Positions 1 to 8,026 of a stretch of 16,591 nt of DNA are shown piece after piece. Both the position numbers and the translations under genes were made by a program. Origin of the DNA: Oligoflexus sp. Lineage in GTDB: Bacteria; Bdellovibrionota_B; Oligoflexia; Oligoflexales; Oligoflexaceae. Every line of letters begins with the position of its first letter. Positions within the stretch are counted from its first letter, which is position 1. Location: the NCBI GenBank assembly GCA_041736305.1, contig JBGSTX010000024.1, positions 1 to 16,591 of the forward strand. Reading direction: 5' to 3'. Under the pieces are notes generated by a model. The model was not told where the DNA came from, ran no database searches, and worked only from the letters and a program-made list of their open reading frames with translations.

Positions 1-101
1 CCTGTCGCCAGGACTGAGACTAATCAATCAAGAGCTTGGAAATTCGCTTCCTCCTTTCCAAGCCCTACCCATACCCGTCAGGGTTGGGTGGGGTGATTGA
101 C

Positions 102-500
102 TCACTGTGGATACGGTGAGCGGGGCGCAGCGTCGCGATCGAGATTTTGCGAATTGGGGGGAGGCGCTGCATCTTTCGCTGCTACCTCTTTGCGCTTGCT
201 CGCAGAACGTCCTCCGCCATGGCTAGCCTGTCCACCCTTTCTACCAGCTTCCCTTGCCTCCTCAGAGGTGAATTCGTGAGCGCGGCCGCTCTCGTGAGCT
301 GCCTGTCCACCCTTTCTACCGGCTTCACGGGCTTCTTCAGAAGTGAATTCGTGCGCATGTCCACTCGCATGGGCAGCCTTGCCCCCTTTCGAAGCAATCT
401 CTCTTTGCTTTTGAATGTCCATCGAAGCGAAGCCTCGATTGCTTGTACCTTTTTTTGATACGTTACGCTCCGCGTCGGCATTTTGAGTTTCATTAGGCAT
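102..500 (-). CDS. KGG-repeat general stress protein (Con-10/YciG-like)
   Basis: Contains RGFASMDIQKQREIASKGG followed by two AHEFTSEEAREAGRKGG units. AGGAG RBS lies 8 nt upstream of the ATG at 500. Confidence 0.93.
   Translation of the reverse strand: MPNETQNADAERNVSKKGTSNRGFASMDIQKQREIASKGGKAAHASGHAHEFTSEEAREAGRKGGQAAHESGRAHEFTSEEAREAGRKGGQASHGGGRSASKRKEVAAKDAAPPPNSQNLDRDAAPRSPYPQ
226..353. repeat. Intragenic direct repeat, 75-bp period (25-aa KGG unit)
   Basis: 226-278 and 301-353 both read gcctgtccaccctttctaccNgcttc...tcagaNgtgaattcgtg. The differences are synonymous in the KGG frame. Confidence 0.9.
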
Positions 501-1041
501 AGTGATGACTCCTGTTCATATTGTCTAACTCGTCTTAGGCTGTACTGGCAGTCTATATCTAATTTCGCTCCGTCCGAGAATTCGCCACTCTTTGTAGTAG
601 CTAGGGGTTCTGAGTCCGATCTCACCTGGGGCCATGACCATTTAGCTTGAAATCTCTAAGCGCGTTCTGCTAGGTATCTTCAGCTTACATAAGGCTTGCT
701 AACGAAAGCTTCAGAAGGAAAAAATCGTTAAATTCGCAGCCTCAAATACTCCCAAGCTTTCACAATCACGATTTCTTTCGTGCGTCTCCTGGCAAAGTTA
801 AATTCATTTTTCATTCCACAATGCTGGCTGATTTCGACTTGCTCTTGTCTTTTTATTGTAAGCAGTGGGATTCCTTAGAACTAAGCCTAGCAACTCAAGG
901 CGAACCGCTGCATGTACGCTAGCCGCAGCTGAACCAGAAAGGACACAGGCTCAGCTGAGCTGTATTAATTTGGAGACAGAGTGAATTTTATGGGCTACAG
1001 GGGAGCGACGAACATTTCTAGGAAGTGGAAAACAGTGCGAT

Positions 1042-1854
1042 ATGCAGGCTAGTCCTCGCCAAATAGTCCTCAATGGAACTTGTTTGAGGGTATGGCTGCT
1101 CGCTATCCTGACGTTTCTAATTCTCTTCCACAATACTTTGTTTCAGCATTTGGCGATTCCGCTCTATTCACCCAACTGGCTGCGCGAGCACTTTGATAGC
1201 GTTCAATTGCTGCGGAGCGGGGCTGAGCTGCTGCTGATAGGGGCTATTTTCTACCTCTCGCATTCGAAAGTCAAAGTATGGAAGGGGCTTCCCTGGACTT
1301 TTCGCTCCGCCTGGCAGGCAAGCTGTCTCTCGATTATTGTGCTGGCGCTTTACGCTATCTGTTTGCTCTACCTTCCCAGCCCTGAGAGGAATGCAGGGGC
1401 CTTGCCTCTCGTCCTACGATCGGAATCCTTAGCCTGGCTACTTGTGAACTCTGTATTCCTTGCGGCGCTGCGGGAAGAGTTGTTTTTCCGCGCTTGGCTC
1501 TGGGATCTCTTGCGGAATCGTGCCTCATTTTCTTTTACCGCTACTGTCTTGCTAACGGCTGCTCTTTTCAGCTTGTCCCATCTGCCAGGCTATGCCCCTA
1601 CCGATCTCGCTTACTTGGGAGTCATGGGCTGTTTACTCGGATTTTTGCGGGGTAAATATGGTCTGAGCACTTCGATTTTTATCCATGTAGCGCTCAATCT
1701 CCTCGCGCTTTCCCATGAGCAGAAGACTGTCTGGCTCGACGGACAGAGTTCCTGGAAGACGCTCTTGATTTTCGTCAGCCTTACTGTCTTTCTACGAGGC
1801 TTCTTTGACTTCTTCTCCAAAGTCCGTCAAAAAAAACAGAGAGACATGTTCTGA
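1042..1854 (+). CDS. CPBP family (CAAX protease/Abi) intramembrane glutamic endopeptidase
   Basis: Multiple hydrophobic helices. Motifs EELFFR (EExxxR), FSLSH (FxxxH) and HVALN (HxxxN). Start codon uncertain. Confidence 0.9.
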   Translation: MQASPRQIVLNGTCLRVWLLAILTFLILFHNTLFQHLAIPLYSPNWLREHFDSVQLLRSGAELLLIGAIFYLSHSKVKVWKGLPWTFRSAWQASCLSIIVLALYAICLLYLPSPERNAGALPLVLRSESLAWLLVNSVFLAALREELFFRAWLWDLLRNRASFSFTATVLLTAALFSLSHLPGYAPTDLAYLGVMGCLLGFLRGKYGLSTSIFIHVALNLLALSHEQKTVWLDGQSSWKTLLIFVSLTVFLRGFFDFFSKVRQKKQRDMF

Positions 1855-1919
1855 CTGCTTCTTGGATTTCTGGCCAAAGGATCTTTTTTCAATTAGAAGG
1901 AGATCAGGGGGGCAGATCT

Positions 1920-2834
1920 ATGGCGCGGCGACGCAAATCTAAAAAGCTAATTTTTCTGACGGTGGCCATCTTAGGAATCCTCTGGTTTTTAGAGCAGCAG
2001 AATTTAAAGCGCTCTTCGACTTCTCATCGAGAATCCACTCCGATCTCCACCCCCTCCTCCTCACCTCCAAAAAGCCCAAGCCAGGCTGATAAGGGTAAGG
2101 AGAACGAAACCAATCCCCAATTTTCAAATAAGCACCCAAAAGACTTTGATGAAGCAAAGCGCGTCCTTAAATCTCTCTACGGGCAAGGCAAAGACTTCTA
2201 CTGCGACTGCGATTACGATTTAAAATCCAAGCAAGTCATCGACCCCAGCAGCTGTGGCTTCAAAGCCCACAGCTCCCGAGGGCGCCGCATAGAATGGGAG
2301 CACGTAGTTCCAGCCAGCATCTACGGCCGCAAGATCAAGTCCTGGTCTGAGGGTGACGCGGCCTGCGTCGATCATGGGCAGATGAAGAGAGGGCGGAATT
2401 GTGCGCGCGAGGTATCGAATGTTTTTCGGCAGATGGAGGCCGATCTCTACAACCTGCGCCCGGCGGTCGGCGAATTAAACCGGGCCCGCGCTAACTTTTC
2501 TTTCGGCGAGGTCGCTGGCGAAGCCAGGGCTTTCGGTGCCTGCGACTTCGAAGTTAAAAATCAGCTCGTCGAGCCTCGTCCAGCCGTTCGTGGGGATATA
2601 GCCCGCATCTACTTCTACATGGACAGCCGCTACCCAGGTTTTGGCATCCTACCGGCCGAACAAATAGCTCTTTTTGAAGCATGGCATCGCGAAGACCCTC
2701 TCGACGAGGAAGAAATCCAAAGGCTCGAAGCCTTGGAAGACGTCCAGGGAAACAGTTTCTTCATCGGCCGCCTCGCCGATTTGAGGAAAGGCAGGTCGAG
2801 CGGAGGCAAAAAAAGCCCCTCGCATCGACTATAG
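1920..2834 (+). CDS. Endonuclease I family (EndA/Dns/Vvn-type) nuclease with N-terminal membrane anchor
   Basis: Motifs FYCDC, RIEWEHVVPAS, MEADLYNLRPAVGELN and EPRPAVRGDIARIYFYM. Basic N-terminus, hydrophobic helix and S/T/P-rich linker. Confidence 0.93.
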   Translation: MARRRKSKKLIFLTVAILGILWFLEQQNLKRSSTSHRESTPISTPSSSPPKSPSQADKGKENETNPQFSNKHPKDFDEAKRVLKSLYGQGKDFYCDCDYDLKSKQVIDPSSCGFKAHSSRGRRIEWEHVVPASIYGRKIKSWSEGDAACVDHGQMKRGRNCAREVSNVFRQMEADLYNLRPAVGELNRARANFSFGEVAGEARAFGACDFEVKNQLVEPRPAVRGDIARIYFYMDSRYPGFGILPAEQIALFEAWHREDPLDEEEIQRLEALEDVQGNSFFIGRLADLRKGRSSGGKKSPSHRL

Positions 2835-2838
2835 TTCT

Positions 2839-3951
2839 TTAATGCCTAAGCGCCCAGATGCGGACGCGCGGGAGGATCACATCCTCAAACAGAATTTTGA
2901 TGCACGCTGCCACCGGAATGGCCAACAAGAGGCCGAGAACCCCTCCAAAAGCTCCGCCGATAAACACGACGATGAGCACGGTTGGCACGCTCATATCTAA
3001 CTGACCGCTTTGGATCCAAGGCGTAATCAACCAGCCTTCGACAAACTGCACGACGAGAAACACCAAGCTGGGCCAGACAAGTATATCCATCGCCGAGATC
3101 TGGCCTCCGGAAGTGGCTAGATCAACATACTTAAGCAGGACGGCTAGGGGCCAAACCACTCCGGACGCATAGGGAATGATAGAAAAAAGCCCCCCGATGA
3201 TGCTGAGCAAAAACCAATAGGGCACCTCCGTCAGCCACCACCCAAAAGCAAACATCCCCATCATGATAAAGGACACGAGGAGCCGGCCGCGAAAAAAGCT
3301 AGCTGTGGCAGCATCCATGCGACCTAATACGCGGATAATTTCGGTGCGATTTTGCTGGGGCAGATACTGTCCGATGAAATGGAGACCATTGTCGAAGCTA
3401 CGGCTAAAAAAGAAAAAGTAGATGGGAATCAGGACGAGCATAAGGGCCCAGGAAGCCGCTTGGCTCACGATCGTTGAGAGGACGGATAGAGTTCGGCTAG
3501 CCTGATTGAGCAGCTGCTCGATGAAAGCCTGGGGATCTTCAAATTTGGGTGCCCAGTGAGTCAGTTTCTTATAAATCTCTGAGATCTCTATTCCATTTTT
3601 ACTGGCCAGAGTGCTCAGATACTGCGGCAGTTTCTGTTGCAGAGTATTGATCTGCTCAGTCACTATCGGTGCGAAGCTCGAAACAAAAAGAACGATAAGG
3701 AGGCCTGCCACAGATAATACAAATAAGGCAGTCAAAGAGCGTGACCACCCCCATCGTTGGGCCGTCCAGTGCTGCAAAGGGTTAGCGAGATAGGCGAAGA
3801 GCAAGGCAATGAAAACAGGTAGGAACACATCCCACAATCTGACTACGGTCCAAGCCAAGATCAGCAACAAGGCCATTCCGACACAATCTCTCACGGCACG
3901 GATCTGCCAGATATGAGGTCCGACTTTGCGGGTTTCAGTATTTGGCAACAT
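2839..3951 (-). CDS. AI-2E family transporter (PerM/TqsA-like)
   Basis: 370-aa polytopic membrane protein with PVFIALLFAYLANP, FSIIPY, VQFVEGWLITPWI and GGAFGGVLGLLLAIPVAA. AGGAG RBS upstream. Confidence 0.92.
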   Translation of the reverse strand: MLPNTETRKVGPHIWQIRAVRDCVGMALLLILAWTVVRLWDVFLPVFIALLFAYLANPLQHWTAQRWGWSRSLTALFVLSVAGLLIVLFVSSFAPIVTEQINTLQQKLPQYLSTLASKNGIEISEIYKKLTHWAPKFEDPQAFIEQLLNQASRTLSVLSTIVSQAASWALMLVLIPIYFFFFSRSFDNGLHFIGQYLPQQNRTEIIRVLGRMDAATASFFRGRLLVSFIMMGMFAFGWWLTEVPYWFLLSIIGGLFSIIPYASGVVWPLAVLLKYVDLATSGGQISAMDILVWPSLVFLVVQFVEGWLITPWIQSGQLDMSVPTVLIVVFIGGAFGGVLGLLLAIPVAACIKILFEDVILPRVRIWALRH

Positions 3952-4041
3952 GACAGTTCATTCTCCTGAGCTGGTATAGGATGAGACTCTTGCAGTAAGT
4001 ATTCCGCAGGAGCTACGCCTCACGCTCCCCGCCCTAAAGAG

Positions 4042-4069
4042 AAAAAGGGCCTCGCTGACGCGAGACCCT
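4042..4069 (-). terminator. Intrinsic terminator downstream of the imelysin-like gene
   Basis: Minus strand reads AGGGTCTCGC-GTCA-GCGAGGCCCT followed by TTTTCTCTT. The 10-bp stem has one G-U pair that only forms on the minus strand. Confidence 0.8.
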
Positions 4070-4146
4070 CACTTATGCTTAAAACATTTCCATCCCAAAA
4101 GACGGAAACGGACTGCGCCTGCTGACCCGAAAGTAAGCAAGCGAGT

Positions 4147-5400
4147 TTACTGGCTTTGTCCTAGCTTGGGCACCTTCAGCGAGAGGACCGGAGCCATCTC
4201 AGTCCTCAAGCCTTCATTCAATTCGCGTATGCTCTTATCCATACGGCATATCCAAGAATCATAGTTGTGCAGCTCACAGGCTTCACCGTAGTGATCTGCA
4301 ATCAGTTCACGCAGAGTCTTATCGCTACTTTCAGCTAAGTTAGAGAGGGCCATGATCTGATCTTCTAACTTATCTGCGGCCGCGCCACCTCCCTCGGCTC
4401 GCAGTAAGGCAGTAAAGCCTCCAGCATAACGTCTCCCAACCAAGGGGCCAAGCATGAGAGAACGCATCCCATCTACATTGGCGCGTATGGCCGCTGCTGA
4501 GAGCTGGCTCCTAGGAAACTCTTCCAGCTCGGGACAAGCGTCGGGAGAGCGGGAGCAGAATTCCTTGCTCAGGCCTGCAGGAGCTTCGATCTTGAGGGGA
4601 CGAACCTTCTTATCGAGCGTAAAAAGATTATTGAAAAGACCTTGTATCTGAGCATTAGCTTCTGCTTCGTCTCTCGTGTCGCCCATAAATGGATGCGCGT
4701 CGCTCGGCCCCCAACGTTCGAGGATCTTGTCGGCGTCGCGGATAAGGGCTTTCACGAGCGCTTTCTCATAGGTGCAGAGGGCGCCTCGTCGCTCACGCTC
4801 ACTCAAGCGCTCCCAATTCTGCGGTCTCGCCCCTTGGAAGGAGCAAGTCGGTTTGAAGGATTCTGCGAAGAGAAGGTGCTCGAGAGCCTTGAGCCCCTTT
4901 CTTTCAGGAGAGGCCGGCAGACTAAAGCTGCGCGGCCTCCTGGCTAGGTCGACGATCTGGGCGTCGACCGCACAGGTATCCACTTTCTTGGGCCAATTGT
5001 AGATCTGCTGGCGCAAGGAGCCTCTTTGTTCGGCGAGAGGTCCCACCTGCATAACTTCCAGCCTTTGCCATATCAGCATTGCTTCGGCCCAGCTTTCCTG
5101 GGTTTGCCTCTGATCGTAAATCTGGAGAGTCGAGCAAGAGTTCTCAAGCCCCGCGCTGAGGTTGGAAAGCGCCTGCCGGAAGAGACGAGCTTGATCGCCA
5201 AAAGCATTTCCTAGCTGCTGACGCAGTTCATTCCGGGAGATAGTCGCTCGGGTCAGGAAAATCGGCGGAGCCTGGGTAGGAGTATCAGAGTTAAGAGCAG
5301 GGCTCGTCCGGCTCGCCTGAGGAGGCACTTGAGTAGAGCTCCCTTTTCCACATCCACTCAGCCAAAGTACCAAGGCCCCTACTAAAGTCAGCATGCGCAT
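4147..5400 (-). CDS. Imelysin family (peptidase M75-like) lipoprotein
   Basis: Lipobox LWLSG-C. Motifs WAEAMLIWQRLEVMQVGP, IYNWP, KGLKALEHLLF and EFPRSQLSAAAIRANVDG are typical of imelysin-like proteins. Confidence 0.8.
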   Translation of the reverse strand: MRMLTLVGALVLWLSGCGKGSSTQVPPQASRTSPALNSDTPTQAPPIFLTRATISRNELRQQLGNAFGDQARLFRQALSNLSAGLENSCSTLQIYDQRQTQESWAEAMLIWQRLEVMQVGPLAEQRGSLRQQIYNWPKKVDTCAVDAQIVDLARRPRSFSLPASPERKGLKALEHLLFAESFKPTCSFQGARPQNWERLSERERRGALCTYEKALVKALIRDADKILERWGPSDAHPFMGDTRDEAEANAQIQGLFNNLFTLDKKVRPLKIEAPAGLSKEFCSRSPDACPELEEFPRSQLSAAAIRANVDGMRSLMLGPLVGRRYAGGFTALLRAEGGGAAADKLEDQIMALSNLAESSDKTLRELIADHYGEACELHNYDSWICRMDKSIRELNEGLRTEMAPVLSLKVPKLGQSQ

Positions 5401-5491
5401 AGGAATAATGTCCTTCCCAGGTCGATCATTACCTTCATTGAATACGCTCTTACTGGAACGCGAAGCGATTGAAAAGAACTATAGCTCAGAC

Positions 5492-5510
5492 GATAATAAG
5501 AAACAAAATT
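5492..5510. promoter_or_regulatory. Possible Fur box in the divergent promoter region
   Basis: GATAATAAGAAACAAAATT matches 13/19 of GATAATGATAATCATTATC and lies about 90 bp upstream of the imelysin-like gene. Confidence 0.3.
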
Positions 5511-5623
5511 GCCGAATCAGAGCGTCCTAGTCCTCTCTTAGTATAGCCGAGCGAAAAACGCGTGGTAGCAGCGGCCTTGGAGAGGTACGCTATATTGAAT
5601 CATTTTTAGCCAAAGGAGCCTTC

Positions 5624-7201
5624 ATGAGGTCCAAGAGCCTTTTTCTCGCCTCGCTCATGGTCTTTCTTTCCCTCCCTATGAATGGTTGTGGCAAAGAAGG
5701 GGGAGATAAAAAGCCTAGCGCGCCAGCTCTAGGGGAAGTCGCTGGAGCTTTTGCCACGACAGCTGTTCAGCATCGCATTCCATCGAATATCCTCCTGGCC
5801 CTAGCCTACAAAGAATCGGGATTAAACGCTGAGCCGAGTACGACTCTTTATGAAAACAGTCCTGCGGCTAAAGGCCCTCAACGCGTCGAAACCGCAGTAG
5901 GGCTCCCCTTCGCGACTCTAGGACTCAACGCCGAAGCCGCTGGCAAGATCGGGATTCAGCTCGATGCTTATGGTAACTGGGTCCAACAGCGTCTGAGTAG
6001 CCAGCATCTGGCGCTTACAGGTACGATCAGCAAAGCGGACGATGTTTACGACTGGGTTTGGCAATTAGCGCGTATGCATCATGAAGACCTCGACAGTGCC
6101 AAGAATTTACAAATAATATTTTCTATGGAACTGATTGAAATTCTCAACCGGGGCTTCATCTGGCAACATCCCCTTACGCAAGAACGAATCGAACTGCCTC
6201 CTGCTAATCCAAAGCTCGAAATAAAGAGTTTTTCGCCGCCGATTCAAGCTAATTTACGACTTGATACGCAGACCAGCGAGATTTTTTCCGTGGATTACCT
6301 GCAGCTTACTTTCGCCAGTTCGAATGGCGTCGAAAATCATCCCAAGCGCATCCTAGTTACCCACTGTCCATTTTCGCTCAGCACCTGCTTGGGTAACGAA
6401 TTCACGCCAGGAGACGACATCAAGCTCCAAGCTCATTACGTAGTCCCCCCGAATGATGCCATTCTCAAAAACCCGATCAAGCTTCTCCAACACAAGCAAC
6501 CTGTGTCCATAACTACGCCTCTTGGCCAAGGCCAAGTACTCAACGATGCTTTGCTTATTATGCTAGTCGGCGATTCGGGCCGCTATGTAAATGGTCAGCG
6601 CTTGGCGAGCAATCCCAGCTGGTACACTAAAGATCAGCTGAAAAACCTGAGCAAAATTGTAGCTGGCGCCTGTTCGCTGATGGTGAAGGACGACCCTAGC
6701 ATCAATCTTGCGCGCTGCCAAACGCCAGGGGAAGGCCTCCAATTCGTCCGCACTAAAGCCGACAGTCCCTACCGCTTCGGCGACATCCCCGATTTTGATG
6801 CGACGATATTCAATACCTTCATCCGCAGCCCTGACGAGCTTAGTGCCGTTACCTTGGATTTTGGGGGCGCGCAAAAAATATTCACGTCGGGCACGAACAT
6901 TCCGCTGAACATAGGCTTTGTGAATGGTACGGCCAAAATCGAGGTCCAGTTGCTCCAGCGTTGCCCCGCGGGCAGCACGGTCTGGTCCCCTCTGCAGACG
7001 CAGTTCATTCGCAACACGGATCGCCGCTCGCTGACGGTGACGCTTTACGATCAAGGTCCCAACCTCAATGGTCAGCATTTCATTCGGGTGCTGAGCTTCG
7101 ATGCTAAAGGTAAGTTGATGGGATGGGTAGTCGACGACTTCTTCTTGAATAGCTTCGATAAAGAGGGTGTGCCAGGACCAAGCGAAAGTCAGTGTTCATG
7201 A
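5624..7201 (+). CDS. Lipoprotein with N-terminal lysozyme/SLT-like segment and divergent N-acetylmuramoyl-L-alanine amidase (Amidase_2)-like domain
   Basis: Signal peptide ending MNG-C. Motifs AFATTAVQHRIPSNILLALAYKES, PKRILVTHC, AHYVV, NDALLIMLVG and WYTKDQLKNLSKIV. AAGGAG RBS. Confidence 0.6.
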   Translation: MRSKSLFLASLMVFLSLPMNGCGKEGGDKKPSAPALGEVAGAFATTAVQHRIPSNILLALAYKESGLNAEPSTTLYENSPAAKGPQRVETAVGLPFATLGLNAEAAGKIGIQLDAYGNWVQQRLSSQHLALTGTISKADDVYDWVWQLARMHHEDLDSAKNLQIIFSMELIEILNRGFIWQHPLTQERIELPPANPKLEIKSFSPPIQANLRLDTQTSEIFSVDYLQLTFASSNGVENHPKRILVTHCPFSLSTCLGNEFTPGDDIKLQAHYVVPPNDAILKNPIKLLQHKQPVSITTPLGQGQVLNDALLIMLVGDSGRYVNGQRLASNPSWYTKDQLKNLSKIVAGACSLMVKDDPSINLARCQTPGEGLQFVRTKADSPYRFGDIPDFDATIFNTFIRSPDELSAVTLDFGGAQKIFTSGTNIPLNIGFVNGTAKIEVQLLQRCPAGSTVWSPLQTQFIRNTDRRSLTVTLYDQGPNLNGQHFIRVLSFDAKGKLMGWVVDDFFLNSFDKEGVPGPSESQCS

Positions 7202-7214
7202 AGCAGAATCGGGC

Positions 7215-7559
7215 TCAGGGCCAGAGGAGATAACGGTTGTTTATCGGCATGTCGATGGGTTCAACCCCATCGCGTGTGGAGCGAATCTCCTCGAGCCTCA
7301 GATCGTAGTGGTCGATGAAAGTGTCTATCCCGTCTTCATTCGTCAGCTGTAGCACATTCGGATGGCGAGGGTTGATTCCCTTCACCGTGAATTCGTCGCC
7401 AGCTTTGAAATCCGCGTTCTTGCCTCGCGTAAGACTCACCAAATCATCGGGCAACATTTCGTGCAGCTTCGGCGGCGGCACGCGACGAATCGTCTTTTTC
7501 TCGCCATCTTTCATGTAGGTGACGGTATAAGGGGTTCTATTGAACTTTACTTCGCTCAT
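7215..7559 (-). CDS. Hypothetical protein, 114 aa (possible SH3/KOW-like beta-barrel)
   Basis: Fills the gap between genes with no overlap. GGAGG RBS precedes the ATG at 7559, which is preferred over the track start at 7577. Natural globular composition. Confidence 0.75.
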   Translation of the reverse strand: MSEVKFNRTPYTVTYMKDGEKKTIRRVPPPKLHEMLPDDLVSLTRGKNADFKAGDEFTVKGINPRHPNVLQLTNEDGIDTFIDHYDLRLEEIRSTRDGVEPIDMPINNRYLLWP

Positions 7560-7672
7560 GCGGATCCTCCGCCACATACTTGTGGATCGGCAGGAAACCG
7601 CTTGGCATATCTTACTTTTTAGAAAGGGAAAGCCGAGGAAGAAGAGTTCTGGAAGACAAGCACGGGACTGAC

Positions 7673-7909
7673 TCAGATAATTTCGCGGCCAGCGATATAA
7701 CCTGTGCTGCGAGTGTTGCAGCCGCAGGTGCGATTACCTGCTGATTCGAAGAGCGCTCCGCAGGATATACAAGTGCGAATCTTGATTTTGATCGGTGAAA
7801 GATTCGCTAGCCGGCGAGCATGATTCTTGAGTTCTATGTCCTTAACCACCGACGGAGGGAGGCGCTTGATCTTATTAGATTGAAATTCCTTTTCGATTTC
7901 TTGCGTCAT
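7673..7909 (-). CDS. Small hypothetical protein with C-terminal CxxC...CxC putative zinc-binding motif
   Basis: RTCISCGALFESAGNRTCGC. AAAGGGG lies upstream of the ATG at 7909, and a sigma70-like promoter is further upstream. Confidence 0.7.
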   Translation of the reverse strand: MTQEIEKEFQSNKIKRLPPSVVKDIELKNHARRLANLSPIKIKIRTCISCGALFESAGNRTCGCNTRSTGYIAGREII

Positions 7910-7978
7910 GAGCAAGGGCCCCTTTATACTGAATTCTCTCGCAGCAAGCTACGGCGATAACTGAAACGAAGCCTTCAG

Positions 7979-8007
7979 AATATCGCAAGATCATTAGATA
8001 ATGTCAA
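7979..8007 (-). promoter_or_regulatory. Putative sigma70 promoter for the 7909 and 7559 minus-strand genes
   Basis: Minus strand reads TTGACA, a 17-nt spacer ending in TGC, then GATATT (perfect -35, extended -10 TGn, 4/6 -10). Confidence 0.55.
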
Positions 8008-8026
8008 GTAAAACGACGAAGGTACA

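Noticed and set aside
226-353. Direct repeats as a possible CRISPR array
   Set aside because: Only two units, coding, in frame and with no cas genes. They are explained by the KGG protein repeat.
97-625. ORFs 97..279+, 147..458+ and 182..625-
   Set aside because: These are shadow or alternate frames of the KGG gene. The repeat differences are synonymous only in the KGG frame.
628-760. GGGGCC start suggestive of tmRNA or another structured RNA in the 540-bp intergenic region
   Set aside because: I found no tRNA-like domain, T-loop or matching 3' end. An Rfam search would be needed to exclude other ncRNAs.
949-960. Perfect 12-bp palindrome GCTCAGCTGAGC upstream of the CPBP gene
   Set aside because: A single short palindrome is expected by chance in 16 kb, and it has no supporting context.
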